NCBI GenBank assembly: GCA_934190785.1
Contig: CAKPTA010000002.1
Span: 59,385-123,384 of the forward strand
DNA from: an uncultured Bacilli bacterium
GTDB lineage: Bacteria > Bacillota_I > Bacilli_A > RF39 > UBA660
DNA length: 64,000 bases
Reading direction: 5' to 3'
Numbering within the stretch: the stretch's first letter is position 1; every line of letters starts with the position of its first letter. The translations under genes and the position numbers were made by a program. Under the pieces are notes generated by a model. The model was given only the letters and a program-made list of their open reading frames with translations, had not been told where the DNA came from and searched no databases. This document shows positions 13,801-24,615 of this stretch, one piece after another.

Positions 13801-16431
13801 TTACACACCACCAATTAATCCTTTTTTTCTAAGATATACTTTTCTAATTGCATCAACTGGGATAACTGTAGCTGAAAGGAGTATCATTATTTCTAATTCT
13901 CTTAGGGTTAAACCAGCTGTTCTAAACAATGTTCCACCATAATATATAAGCAAAAGTTGAACAATTAATATAAATGCGATTACTATTAAAAATACCTTAT
14001 TTTTTAATATATCTGCTACTAAATTAAGTCTACAAGTTCTGGCATTAAAGCAATTGAAAATTCCCATAAAAATAAATAGTCCAAAAAAAGCAGTCATGAA
14101 GTATTCATCATGATTTCCATTTCTAAAAAATGTGTGGATAAGTGGAAACTTTAAAAAGAATATACATAATATTGATGAATAAATACCTGTGAAAAAGATT
14201 TCGTGTGCCATATACTTGTTGATAATTGCTTCTTCTTTTTTCTTTGGTTTCTCATGCATATATTCTAAAAGTGGTGGTTCAAAAGCAAATGCTAATCCTG
14301 CAAGGGTGTCCATAACCATATTTATCCACAACATTTGAATAACTGTTACTGGTGTATCTACACCAATGAATGGTCCAATTATTGATAGACTTATGGCACA
14401 CATATTAATGGTTAATTGAAATATAATAAATTTACGTATACTTTTAAAAATAGTTCTTCCAAATAAAATAGCTTTTGATATTGATAAGAAATTATCATCT
14501 AAAATAACAATATCTGCTGCTTCTTTTGATACTTCTGTTCCACTTCCCATAGCAAATCCAACATCTGCTTTTTTTAAAGCTGGAGCATCATTTACACCAT
14601 CACCTGTCATACCAACAACTAAATTCATATCTTGACTTATTTTAACAAGCCTGCTTTTATCATGAGGAAGTGCACGAGCTACAATTCTAAGATTAGGTAA
14701 TATTTTTTTTATTTCTTCATCTGTCTTGCTATTTAATTCATCACTTGTTAATACAATATTGTTGTCATTATATATCCCAACTTCTCTTCCTATTTCAATT
14801 GCAGTATCTTTATTATCACCTGTAATCATTACTGTTTGAATGTGGGCATCATTCACAAGTTTTACTCCATAAATAGCTTCTTTACGAACTTCGTCTTTAA
14901 TAAAAATAACACCTAAGAATATTAGTCTATCAATATTACCATTATAAACCTTGCCTTCACGCATAGCTAGTGCCAATACTCTAATTCCTTTTTTCGTCAT
15001 TTGTTTTATATAAGATTCTATTTTCGTTTTATTATAAAGTTTTTGTTTTATTCCATCTTCTGTTAAATAACTTGTACATAATGGTATTATTTTTTCTGGT
15101 GAACCTTTAACAAATGTCATTGCACCATTCATATTTATAGTTGTAAGTGAAAACTTATCTTTGCTATTAAAAGGGATAGTATCTATTTTTTGATATTTAT
15201 AATCTATTTTAGAATGAATGAAAGCAAGAAGAGCTCTATCGGTTATGTTTCCACCTATTATTTTATTATTATCATCATATACACTTGCATTGTTATAAGT
15301 CATTGCCATTTTAGTCATTTCATATAATTTTGGACGACTTGCTAATTCTTCTTCGGTATTATATGTGTTTAAATTTCCACTCATTATGCCCACTACTTCA
15401 AGTTTACCTTTAGTAAGTGTTCCTGTTTTATCTGTAAATAGTATATTTAAACTTCCTGCAGTCTCTATACCAACCATTTTTCTGACAAGAACATTATTTT
15501 TTAACATTCGCTTCATATTTGATGACAAAACAAGTGTAATCATCATAGGAAGGCCTTCTGGCACAGCTACCACAATTATGGTTACACATAAAGTTAAAGC
15601 ATATAAAATATATCCAAATAAAATTGGAAAATTAGATATTGTTTCTCTTATAGCATTAATATCAAAATTATTATCAATAACTATTACAGAGAACAAATAA
15701 GAAAAAGCAACTAAAAAAGCCCCAACATACCCTATATTACTAATTATTTTAGCCAAATGACGTAACCTTATTTTTAAGGGGCTTTCTGGTTGTGATTCGG
15801 ATAATTCACTAGCAAGACGACCATACATTGTTTGATTCCCAACTTCTGTTACAAGCATCATAGCTTCTTTAGAATAAACTACTGTCCCCCTAAAAACTTT
15901 ATTTTTTTCTTCGATATTATTATGCTTTACAGCCTCTTTATAGACTTCTTTACTCTCGCCATTAAGTGAAGATTCATCAACACTTAATTCACCAAAAACA
16001 ATGATACCATCCGCTGGAATTTTATCTCCTTGTTCTAGGAGTACAATATCGCCTTTTACAACTTCGTCTATTGGTATTTCTTGTATCTTGCCATTTCTTT
16101 TAACTCGACATCTAGTTTTAGATGCTTCCTCTTGTAATCTTTCAAATGCTTTTTCACTTCCAACCTCTGATATTGTAGATATAAATGACGCTAAAAAGAT
16201 AGCAATTACTATTCCAACAGTTTCATACCAATCAAAATCTTGTATTAAAAAAACCATTTTGATCCCAAGTGCTATTAAGAGAATTCTTATAATAGGATCC
16301 CCCAGACTTTCTAAGAATCTTCTAAAAAATCCTTCATTTGCAGTTTTAAATATTTCATTATTACCATATGTTTTTCTACTCATTTCAACCTCTTTATCTG
16401 TTAACCCTGTTTTTATATTTGTTGTATTCAT
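13801..16431 (-). CDS. P-type ATPase, Ca2+-transporting (type IIA-like)
   Basis: DKTGTLT, MITGDN and GDGVNDAPALKKADVG motifs with a 10-TM layout. Confidence 0.9.
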   Translation of the reverse strand: MNTTNIKTGLTDKEVEMSRKTYGNNEIFKTANEGFFRRFLESLGDPIIRILLIALGIKMVFLIQDFDWYETVGIVIAIFLASFISTISEVGSEKAFERLQEEASKTRCRVKRNGKIQEIPIDEVVKGDIVLLEQGDKIPADGIIVFGELSVDESSLNGESKEVYKEAVKHNNIEEKNKVFRGTVVYSKEAMMLVTEVGNQTMYGRLASELSESQPESPLKIRLRHLAKIISNIGYVGAFLVAFSYLFSVIVIDNNFDINAIRETISNFPILFGYILYALTLCVTIIVVAVPEGLPMMITLVLSSNMKRMLKNNVLVRKMVGIETAGSLNILFTDKTGTLTKGKLEVVGIMSGNLNTYNTEEELASRPKLYEMTKMAMTYNNASVYDDNNKIIGGNITDRALLAFIHSKIDYKYQKIDTIPFNSKDKFSLTTINMNGAMTFVKGSPEKIIPLCTSYLTEDGIKQKLYNKTKIESYIKQMTKKGIRVLALAMREGKVYNGNIDRLIFLGVIFIKDEVRKEAIYGVKLVNDAHIQTVMITGDNKDTAIEIGREVGIYNDNNIVLTSDELNSKTDEEIKKILPNLRIVARALPHDKSRLVKISQDMNLVVGMTGDGVNDAPALKKADVGFAMGSGTEVSKEAADIVILDDNFLSISKAILFGRTIFKSIRKFIIFQLTINMCAISLSIIGPFIGVDTPVTVIQMLWINMVMDTLAGLAFAFEPPLLEYMHEKPKKKEEAIINKYMAHEIFFTGIYSSILCIFFLKFPLIHTFFRNGNHDEYFMTAFFGLFIFMGIFNCFNARTCRLNLVADILKNKVFLIVIAFILIVQLLLIYYGGTLFRTAGLTLRELEIMILLSATVIPVDAIRKVYLRKKGLIGGV

Positions 16432-16509
16432 AGCTTCCTCCTTAATAAAATATATTAAGGTGAAAGCTAAGATATAAGTTTTTAAAGCATTTTTATTTCG
16501 ACTTTATTT

Positions 16510-18543
16510 TTAAAATATTAAGCTAATTTCTTTTATTAAGAAACACATTATAAATCCTATTAGTGTTGGTATTAAAAGCGATAATAAAGCCCATTTAATG
16601 CTCTTAGTTTCATGTTTTATAGAAAGAAAAGTAGTGGAACACGGAAAATGAAAAATTGTAAATATCATTACACAAATAGCAGTAATATACGTCCATCCAT
16701 TATCAATAAATATTTGTTTTAATAAATTATAATTATCAATATCTACTAAAACACCTTCATTTAAATAACCCATTAATATGATTGGAATTACAATTTCATT
16801 AGCAGGAAAACCTAAGATAAATCCCATAAGTATCATTCCATCCATTCCAAACATTTTACCTATTGGATTTAATATGGTTGAGAGTATTGATATAATGCTT
16901 ACATTAGAAATTGTAACATTTGATATAATCCATATAACAACACCTGCCGGTAAAGCTACTACTACTGCACGTTTTAAAACAAATAATATTCTGCCAAAAA
17001 TAGAATTAATAATTATCCTAAATACATCTGGACTTCGATATGCAGGTAATTCTAAAACAAATGATGAGCTTTCTCCTTTTAAAATGGTTATTGATAAGAT
17101 TTTTGATACCAATAAAGTCATTATAATTCCAAGTAAAATTAAAGATGTAAGTATTAGAGCACTTATTAAAGGAGAAAAGATTGAATTACCTACGAAAAAA
17201 GCGCTAGATAGTGATATTAAAATAGGAAATCTTCCATTACAAGGTACAAAACAATTTGTTAAAATAGCAATTAATCTTTCTCTTTTTGAATCTATAATTC
17301 TAGCTCCTGTTACTCCAACAGCATTACATCCAAATCCCATACACATAGTTAACGCTTGTTTCCCACAAGCATTGCATTTACTGAAACATCTATCTAAATT
17401 AAATGCAATTCTTGGCAAATATCCCAAATCCTCTAGAAATGTGAACAATGGAAAAAAAATAGCCATTGGTGGTAACATAACAGCAATTATCCATGTAACA
17501 ACTCTATATATACCATCATATAAAAGTGATATAACATTTGCTTTTAAATTAATAAATTCTAAAAAACTTAAAAAATAATCGCCTACATGATTAAATAAAT
17601 TAAATAATAGTTTTGATGGATAATTTGCTCCAACTATTGTTATCCAAAAAACAACAAAAAGCATTATTAACATAATTGGTATTCCAGTTAATTTGCTAGT
17701 TAATATTTTATCAATTTTGCGATCCTTTTCACTATAATTATTACATTTTTCTGTTACTTCAGCATAAATAAAAGAAGCCGTGCTTACTATCTTTGATGTA
17801 ATTTCCTCTTCTAAATCGTTTGCTATAATGTCTTTGCTTAACAAATACTGTTTTGCTTCTTTAAGTTTAAAGTTTAATTCCTCCTTTATACTTAATTTTG
17901 TTTCTATTTTTTCTAAAATATTAGAGTTTCTTAAAAGTTCAAGTGCTATAAAACGACTACCATCACAATCTATTACAGGTGTTAACATATTAATCGCAGC
18001 TTCTATATCTTTGCTATATTTTAGAAGATATGGTTTTCTAATATTTTTACTAAGTACATTTGCTTCGATAATACTAAGTAGCTTATCTATACCTATATTA
18101 TGCCTAGCATCTGTACCAACAACAGGTACTTTTAATATTTTTTCTAATCTTTCTAAGTCAATTTTAATGCCTCTTTTTTGTGCTTCATCTAACAAATTGA
18201 CACAAATAATTGTTTTTGAACTTACTTCTAATATTTGTAAAAGTAAATTTAAATTTCTCTCTAAGCATACAGCGTCACAAACAATAACATTTAAATCACT
18301 TTTTTCAAAGCATATAGAATCACGGGCTAATTCTTCTTCTTTTGAGTGTGCAATTAATGAATAAGTTCCTGGAATATCATAAACTTTATATTTATTTTCA
18401 TTATAAACATATTCGCCACTTGTACAGCCAACTGTTTTACCTGACCAATTTCCAGTATGCTGGTGCATACCTGTTAAAGTATTAAATATTGTACTTTTAC
18501 CAACATTAGGATTTCCTGATAAAGTAATCACAAAAGATTTCAT
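16510..18543 (-). CDS. feoB: ferrous iron transporter FeoB
   Basis: N-terminal G domain (GNPNVGKST, DIPGTYSL) plus a large polytopic permease domain. Confidence 0.95.
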   Translation of the reverse strand: MKSFVITLSGNPNVGKSTIFNTLTGMHQHTGNWSGKTVGCTSGEYVYNENKYKVYDIPGTYSLIAHSKEEELARDSICFEKSDLNVIVCDAVCLERNLNLLLQILEVSSKTIICVNLLDEAQKRGIKIDLERLEKILKVPVVGTDARHNIGIDKLLSIIEANVLSKNIRKPYLLKYSKDIEAAINMLTPVIDCDGSRFIALELLRNSNILEKIETKLSIKEELNFKLKEAKQYLLSKDIIANDLEEEITSKIVSTASFIYAEVTEKCNNYSEKDRKIDKILTSKLTGIPIMLIMLFVVFWITIVGANYPSKLLFNLFNHVGDYFLSFLEFINLKANVISLLYDGIYRVVTWIIAVMLPPMAIFFPLFTFLEDLGYLPRIAFNLDRCFSKCNACGKQALTMCMGFGCNAVGVTGARIIDSKRERLIAILTNCFVPCNGRFPILISLSSAFFVGNSIFSPLISALILTSLILLGIIMTLLVSKILSITILKGESSSFVLELPAYRSPDVFRIIINSIFGRILFVLKRAVVVALPAGVVIWIISNVTISNVSIISILSTILNPIGKMFGMDGMILMGFILGFPANEIVIPIILMGYLNEGVLVDIDNYNLLKQIFIDNGWTYITAICVMIFTIFHFPCSTTFLSIKHETKSIKWALLSLLIPTLIGFIMCFLIKEISLIF

Positions 18544-18776
18544 ATGACATCATCTATTTCTATTAATTTAGCATCATTGTTTCTAATAGCTATCAAGGTC
18601 CCTCTTATCAAATATGCCTTAGGATCCTTTAAAGGACTAACCATAACACACTCTATAATAGAATTTTTTATAAATCCCATATCAAATAATCTTCTTTTGA
18701 TTGAATCATCATTTTTAATTTCTTTTATAACTGCAGTGCATCCTGGTTTTAATAAATCTAATGTTTTTATTTTCAT
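18540..18776 (-). CDS. feoA: FeoA
   Basis: Small SH3-like FeoA (VIKEI..RRLFDMGF..G..I). 4-nt overlap with feoB. ATG at 18776 lies 8 nt after an AGGA SD. Confidence 0.85.
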   Translation of the reverse strand: MKIKTLDLLKPGCTAVIKEIKNDDSIKRRLFDMGFIKNSIIECVMVSPLKDPKAYLIRGTLIAIRNNDAKLIEIDDVI

Positions 18777-18854
18777 AAAATACATCCTACTTTCATATAG
18801 TGAAGAAGTTTATTTAACTTCAATATAATATATGAAATAAAATATGTTTGGACA

Positions 18855-18880
18855 TAAAAAAAAGTACTATTTGTACTTTT
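18855..18880 (-). terminator. rho-independent terminator after ORF 18867-19133
   Basis: AAAAGTAC-AAATA-GTACTTTT followed by a T-run. The stop codon lies in the loop. Confidence 0.65.
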
Positions 18881-19133
18881 CATTTTCACTATTTTTAACA
18901 CATTCTGATATAGATTTTAATCTCTCAGATAAAACTTTTAACATTTCATTTGATTGATTTAAATTTAATTTACTGGCTATACAAGCAATGTAACTTTCTA
19001 TATAACCATCTTTATAGCCATTATTATATAAAGACGTTCCATCCGATTTTACATATGGTGTAGCCAATAACATCGCATCATTATATCCTTTATATTTTCC
19101 CATAGTATATCCTGCTTCATAATCATTACCCAT
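18867..19133 (-). CDS. hypothetical protein with repeated GY motifs
   Basis: 88-aa ORF, last gene of the helicase/addBA transcription unit. No recognisable family. Confidence 0.4.
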   Translation of the reverse strand: MGNDYEAGYTMGKYKGYNDAMLLATPYVKSDGTSLYNNGYKDGYIESYIACIASKLNLNQSNEMLKVLSERLKSISECVKNSENEKYK

Positions 19134-19142
19134 AAAAACCTC

Positions 19143-22100
19143 CTATAACTTCTTTAAATTTTCATCAAGAATAGAATATATATATATATCTACTTTCATC
19201 CTTGTTACTTTTTGTAAATATGTTTTATATCCAACTAATTGCTTTTTATACTGATCATCATCTATTACTTTAGTTTTGTAGTCTACAATAGCATAATGAT
19301 CATTATATTGTAATATCAAATCAATTATTCCATGCATTTCAACACTATTTTCCATATACATAAATTCATGTTCTTTATATATATTTATAATATTATCATT
19401 AAAAAGTGGCGTTGTTAAAAAAGCTTGCAATTTTTGTTTATAAAATTCTCCTAAATGTGAATAATCAGGATTTAAAAAGTCTATTTGTTCAAATACTTGA
19501 TGTAAATTCGTTCCAAAATACATGTTCTTTTTTTGCTCTCTAGTTATGAGATTATAACTATTTTTTGAAAAATGTTTATTTACTATATCAGACACTTCTA
19601 CTTTATTTTCATTGACAATAAAATTATTAGATGATTTTTTTATCATTTTTTTATAATCAACATCTTTTATAAAATTATAATTTTTGGTTAGATTTAATGA
19701 TTCAATATCAATCACTTTAATATATGGTTCCAAATACTGTTTTATTGAATTAATCATATCCAAGAATGATGTATAATGACTTCTTGTATAATCATCTATT
19801 ATTTGTTTTTCTTTTGTATCACATAGAATATCATTTGTGTCACAAACAAAAATCATCTTTTCTTTAGCTCTTGTAAGTGCTACATAAAACAATCTAATTT
19901 TTTCACTTATTTCTTCATTTATATATTTTTCTTTATACATTTCTTTATAAATAGTTGTTCTAATACCATCTTTACATACAGGTAAAATAATACCATACGA
20001 ATTATCGTAAGTAAATCTTTCTTTTACCTCTAAAGTATTAAAATGTTCATATAATCCAGAAAAATAACAAATATGATATTCAAGACCCTTTGATTTATGA
20101 ATTGTCATAATTTTAACAGCATTTCCACTATCAGTATTCAAGGAATATTTTATATCTAATGATTGTTCCTTAACATTTTCAAAATAATCAATCATATCAT
20201 AAATATCATAACCAAGATTAGATAAATTGGAAGCCATATTAGTAAGATATTCATACCTTACAAGTGATTCTTCGACATTTCCAACAGTAATAATTTTTTC
20301 ATAAAAATTAAATTTTTTTAAGATTTCAAAAATTAATTCTTTATTTTCCATTAAATCAATATTGGCAGACAATAGCGATACAGTATCCATAAAAGATAGA
20401 GAATGATAATCATTAGTTGTAATGGCATTAAATATTTCTTGATCAGAATAAGAAGATAAATAACTTCTAGCTACACTCATAAATGCATATTTAAATTCTG
20501 TATCATATTCATGTTTTTTCTCTTTAACAAGGAGCTTTAAGATATTTTTTATAATATCCATATCATAGCCATTTTGAATGCTTTCATCCTGATATATCAC
20601 AATAGGTATTCCTAAGTACTCGAATATTTTTTTATATAAAGAAAAGTTTTTACTCCTATCCATTAAAATTACAAAATCATTATAAGTAATATTTCTTAAT
20701 ATACCTTTATCTTTATCATATACCTGATAATTTGAATTTACCTTTTCTTTTATATCTTTTGCAATTAAGAATATTTCTATTTCTTCTCTTTTAAATTTAC
20801 CATTTTTGTCATATGTATAGTTATAAAATTCAAAGTTATAATTATTATCTGTTTTACCATTTTCTTCATAAGTAGTATTACCAAAAATCATTTGATGACC
20901 ATTTTGATATTCTGCACCACCTATTTTATCATCCATAATATGATTAAATATTTCATTAATATTTTCTAATACTTCTCTTCTAGAACGAAAATTTTTCATA
21001 AGATCAATTTTAATACCACCATTTGATAATGAATAAGCATCATATTTATTCTTAAAAATGTATGGGTTTGCGTTTCTAAAACGATAAATTGATTGTTTAA
21101 TATCACCAACCATATATACATTATTATTAGAAATACAAGAAATAAATTTTTCTTGTAAATCACTCGTGTCCTGATATTCATCTAAAAGTATTTCATTAAA
21201 TTTAGACGTTAATTCTTGTTTTACATCAGAATTATTTTCAATTAAATTAATTGCCAAAATAGCTATGTCAGTAAATTCATACATATTATTTTTTTCTTTA
21301 TATGCATTTAATTTTTTATCAAACACTTGAATTACCTTAACAATACTTTTTGCATACTTTAAAGTACTATAAATATCTTTTTTTATATATTCTTCTGTTT
21401 CATAAGTTGTAAGAGCTCTTAAATTTTTTAATTCTTTTGTTATTAATTCTTTTTTCTTTTTTACGTCATCACTACTTCCACTAGGTAGTCTTGGTAACTC
21501 AAGTAGAGCATTATTTTTTATATCTATATACTCTTTACTCGAAAAAAGTGGTTCCATAACACTACTTACTTTTGACATATAAGAAGAGTCTACTAAATAA
21601 CTTAGCTCAATTACTAAATTATTAATTATTTCTATTTTTTTCTTTAGAAATGAAACATATTTTGTAACATCTAAAGTAATTTTGTCATCGTTAAAGTTTT
21701 CATCTATATATGAGCTTAGATAATCATCTTTGTCATAACGTAGAGATAATTTTTCATTTAAGTTTATAATACTTTTCTTTAAATCTTTATCATCTTTTAA
21801 ACAAAAATCTGTTATAAATTTGCGAAAATAATCTTCATTTTCTTCATATAATTCATCAAATGCCTCATCCATAAATTTCTTTTTTGCAAGGCTCATAATA
21901 CTTGCATCTGTAATAGCAATATTCATAGGTATTCCTAAAAGGTAATAATATTTCTTTACTACTGATAAAGCAAAACTATCAAAAGTTGTAATATATGCAC
22001 TATCTATTTTTTCAAGTTGATTTATAAGAGATGGTTCTTTTTCAATAGATTTTCTTATTCTTTCTTTCATCTCACTTGCTGCTGCTTTTGTAAAAGTTAA

Positions 22101-22253
22101 AATAAGTAGTGAATCAATGTCAACATGAGCCTTTAATTTTCTAAGAACTCTGTTTGTTAAGACTGCGGTTTTACCACTTCCAGCTCCCGCTGAGACAATA
22201 ATATTACTTCCTTCCTTTTCAATTGCCTCTAATTGTTCCCTTGTCCAAGCCAT
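19143..22253 (-). CDS. addA: ATP-dependent helicase/nuclease subunit A (AddA/RexA)
   Basis: UvrD-type motifs AGAGSGKTAV, DEYQDTS and VGDIKQSIYRFR. C-terminal RecB-type nuclease GIIDLIL..IVDYKT. Confidence 0.85.
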   Translation of the reverse strand: MAWTREQLEAIEKEGSNIIVSAGAGSGKTAVLTNRVLRKLKAHVDIDSLLILTFTKAAASEMKERIRKSIEKEPSLINQLEKIDSAYITTFDSFALSVVKKYYYLLGIPMNIAITDASIMSLAKKKFMDEAFDELYEENEDYFRKFITDFCLKDDKDLKKSIINLNEKLSLRYDKDDYLSSYIDENFNDDKITLDVTKYVSFLKKKIEIINNLVIELSYLVDSSYMSKVSSVMEPLFSSKEYIDIKNNALLELPRLPSGSSDDVKKKKELITKELKNLRALTTYETEEYIKKDIYSTLKYAKSIVKVIQVFDKKLNAYKEKNNMYEFTDIAILAINLIENNSDVKQELTSKFNEILLDEYQDTSDLQEKFISCISNNNVYMVGDIKQSIYRFRNANPYIFKNKYDAYSLSNGGIKIDLMKNFRSRREVLENINEIFNHIMDDKIGGAEYQNGHQMIFGNTTYEENGKTDNNYNFEFYNYTYDKNGKFKREEIEIFLIAKDIKEKVNSNYQVYDKDKGILRNITYNDFVILMDRSKNFSLYKKIFEYLGIPIVIYQDESIQNGYDMDIIKNILKLLVKEKKHEYDTEFKYAFMSVARSYLSSYSDQEIFNAITTNDYHSLSFMDTVSLLSANIDLMENKELIFEILKKFNFYEKIITVGNVEESLVRYEYLTNMASNLSNLGYDIYDMIDYFENVKEQSLDIKYSLNTDSGNAVKIMTIHKSKGLEYHICYFSGLYEHFNTLEVKERFTYDNSYGIILPVCKDGIRTTIYKEMYKEKYINEEISEKIRLFYVALTRAKEKMIFVCDTNDILCDTKEKQIIDDYTRSHYTSFLDMINSIKQYLEPYIKVIDIESLNLTKNYNFIKDVDYKKMIKKSSNNFIVNENKVEVSDIVNKHFSKNSYNLITREQKKNMYFGTNLHQVFEQIDFLNPDYSHLGEFYKQKLQAFLTTPLFNDNIINIYKEHEFMYMENSVEMHGIIDLILQYNDHYAIVDYKTKVIDDDQYKKQLVGYKTYLQKVTRMKVDIYIYSILDENLKKL

Positions 22254-24577
22254 TATTCACCTCCTAAGAAATCTAAACTATTATTTTTTTCTAAATCAAT
22301 AATATTTTTTTCTGTTTTATAACATATATCTTGAAATTTACAATAGTTACATCCTAATAATTCGCCATCTATTCGTTTAGGATTTATATCAAATTCACCT
22401 TTCAATATTTTGTTCCCGGCTTCTTTGATTTTTTTATTAACACAATCACTCATATTTTCGATTTGCTTATCATTTAAAACCTTTGCATAACTACTAAATC
22501 CATTTTTTCCTACTTTCATTCCTTTTATAAGTTCACTATCTACATATGTAGTATCGAATTGTTCAAGTAGAGAAACATTACTTGTACTATAGCCATCTAA
22601 ACGAAGTTTTCTCCTTTTTTCTCTCAAATAATCATTTCCTGAATAGCTAAAATTTTTATTTAATATTTTTTGTAAATAAAATCCCACTATTTTAGCATTT
22701 CTAAATGAATCACTATGTTTTAATAAATAAACATATATCGGTAGTTGCATTTCAAGACCATTTTCAATATTCATAATATTAACTTCTTTAGTACCCGTTT
22801 TATAGTCCACAATCGATACTAACAATTCATCACTAGTTTCTTTATATAAAATTTTATCAATTATACCTTTAAAATGAATATTAGAAGTTAGATTTATGTT
22901 AATTTCACTTTCACACAAAACATTTTTAAATGTTGTAAATTTACTTTGAAAAGATAAAGTGTCTATGACAAACTTCAATTCTTCTTTTAAATTAGCAACA
23001 AAAAACTTCTCGTTTGCTTTTAAATCCATGTTATTTACATATGAATTATATACTTTTTCAAAATCAAAATTTTCTTCAATGCTTTTAGATAATATATAAT
23101 GATACATTGTTCCTATTTTTGCTTGAAAGTTTTCTTCATATATATCAAGCTTAAGTAAATTAGCAATATAATATCTAAAACCACATAAATAATAATTATT
23201 CATACTAGAATAAGAAAGATATACTTTATTTTTTAAATACTTATTTACTAAATCTTCACTGATTCCTTTAAACTTATTATCATAAACTTGATATTCAATA
23301 TTAGGATACATTTTATACAAAAGAGCCGTATCACTATCAGATATGTTATATTTAATCATATTATCTAATTTACGTGCTAAACATATTTTATTATATACAT
23401 TGGAATATATATATTTGTTGTTATCGTCCAAACATACAGGATAATCTTTAATAAGTAATGATTTCATGTAACTATCAAAAGGAGTTTTTAATTTGTAAGT
23501 CATAACTAAATTTTTAGTTGTTGTTATTTTATTTTTCCATAATTCTCTTTCGATACGATTTAAATCAATTGAAGTATCAATATTCAAATCAACTTTTATA
23601 TTATCAGATAAATAATCCTCATCTTTATATATTTTAGGCATGTTTTCTAAATTACATCCTAAAACAAAAACATAGTCATCATCAGTTATATCATCATCTA
23701 AGAAGTTAATAGTTTTAATTCCATCAATTTCTTGTTTTGATAAATAAGTATTCTTACATTTAGAAATAAAATATTCTAAATATATATCACATACTTCATC
23801 TACTACTAAATCATTTGATATATCTATTAGTTTCAAAATTGGTTCTACTAAACCATATTTATTTGTCATTTCTTCATATGTTTTTTCTCTATCTTTTGTA
23901 TTTTTTAATGTTGCTATCCACTCCTTACAAATGCTTGTACCATATAATACAGATGTATCTTTATAAGAAAATGGTAAATTAAACATATCAAAAACAAGTC
24001 TAATTATATATTCATATTCTTTAAAATACGCAACTTTTATATGATTTAAACTAGTTTCTTTTAAAAGTTTATTTATAAAAGTTGCAACTCCGACAACTTC
24101 ATCTTCTATATTAGAATAAGAATATACTTTAGGAATATAATCACCACTAGTTGGATAATTTACTTCTACACTTGTTATTAACCTTATACTATCTAATAAT
24201 TTCATATCTGATTTATTTAAAATATATCCAGACACAATAACATTAACATGCTTTAAATAATCTTTAAATAAATAATTATGAAAAAGTAATTTTTCTTCTT
24301 CTAATTTTGACTTTAATTGATTTAAATATTCTACCTTTTTGGAAGTGATTTTGTTATTATCACATAATAAATACATATTTAAAATATAATTTTTTGCGAC
24401 ATCATACTTTATATTTTCACTTTTCATAAGAAAATATATAGCACTATCATCATAGTCAAAATAATATGATCTTTTAAGCTCTTCAAGTGTCATATATTTG
24501 TTATTAACAAGTTCTTTATTTTGTAACAATAATTTTTTACGATATGAATTACTTACAATATACAATGTTGTTTTCAT
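22253..24577 (-). CDS. addB: helicase-nuclease subunit B (AddB/RexB-type), compact form
   Basis: C-terminal PD-(D/E)XK (GIIDKILY..IVDYKTG) and Cys cluster (YYLCGF ... GCNYCKFQDIC), like the AddB Fe-S nuclease. 1-nt overlap with addA. No N-terminal P-loop seen. Confidence 0.75.
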   Translation of the reverse strand: MKTTLYIVSNSYRKKLLLQNKELVNNKYMTLEELKRSYYFDYDDSAIYFLMKSENIKYDVAKNYILNMYLLCDNNKITSKKVEYLNQLKSKLEEEKLLFHNYLFKDYLKHVNVIVSGYILNKSDMKLLDSIRLITSVEVNYPTSGDYIPKVYSYSNIEDEVVGVATFINKLLKETSLNHIKVAYFKEYEYIIRLVFDMFNLPFSYKDTSVLYGTSICKEWIATLKNTKDREKTYEEMTNKYGLVEPILKLIDISNDLVVDEVCDIYLEYFISKCKNTYLSKQEIDGIKTINFLDDDITDDDYVFVLGCNLENMPKIYKDEDYLSDNIKVDLNIDTSIDLNRIERELWKNKITTTKNLVMTYKLKTPFDSYMKSLLIKDYPVCLDDNNKYIYSNVYNKICLARKLDNMIKYNISDSDTALLYKMYPNIEYQVYDNKFKGISEDLVNKYLKNKVYLSYSSMNNYYLCGFRYYIANLLKLDIYEENFQAKIGTMYHYILSKSIEENFDFEKVYNSYVNNMDLKANEKFFVANLKEELKFVIDTLSFQSKFTTFKNVLCESEININLTSNIHFKGIIDKILYKETSDELLVSIVDYKTGTKEVNIMNIENGLEMQLPIYVYLLKHSDSFRNAKIVGFYLQKILNKNFSYSGNDYLREKRRKLRLDGYSTSNVSLLEQFDTTYVDSELIKGMKVGKNGFSSYAKVLNDKQIENMSDCVNKKIKEAGNKILKGEFDINPKRIDGELLGCNYCKFQDICYKTEKNIIDLEKNNSLDFLGGE

Positions 24578-24615
24578 AAAGTCACCTACTTAGATTTATT
24601 ATATCATATATTACC

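Noticed and set aside
16778-17578. Long plus-strand ORFs antisense to feoB, the P-type ATPase, the kinase and other genes (for example 16778-17578, 17780-18364, 16001-16477, 15365-15700, 11647-12012, 56666-57046).
   Set aside because: They lie entirely inside well-supported minus-strand genes and have low-complexity Ile/Leu/Ser/Phe-rich translations with no SD. Such shadow ORFs are the usual result of AT-rich codon bias.
18786-18866. Fur box upstream of feoAB.
   Set aside because: No match to the GATAATGATAATCATTATC / 7-1-7 consensus could be found by eye. Only a generic AT-rich promoter region is present.
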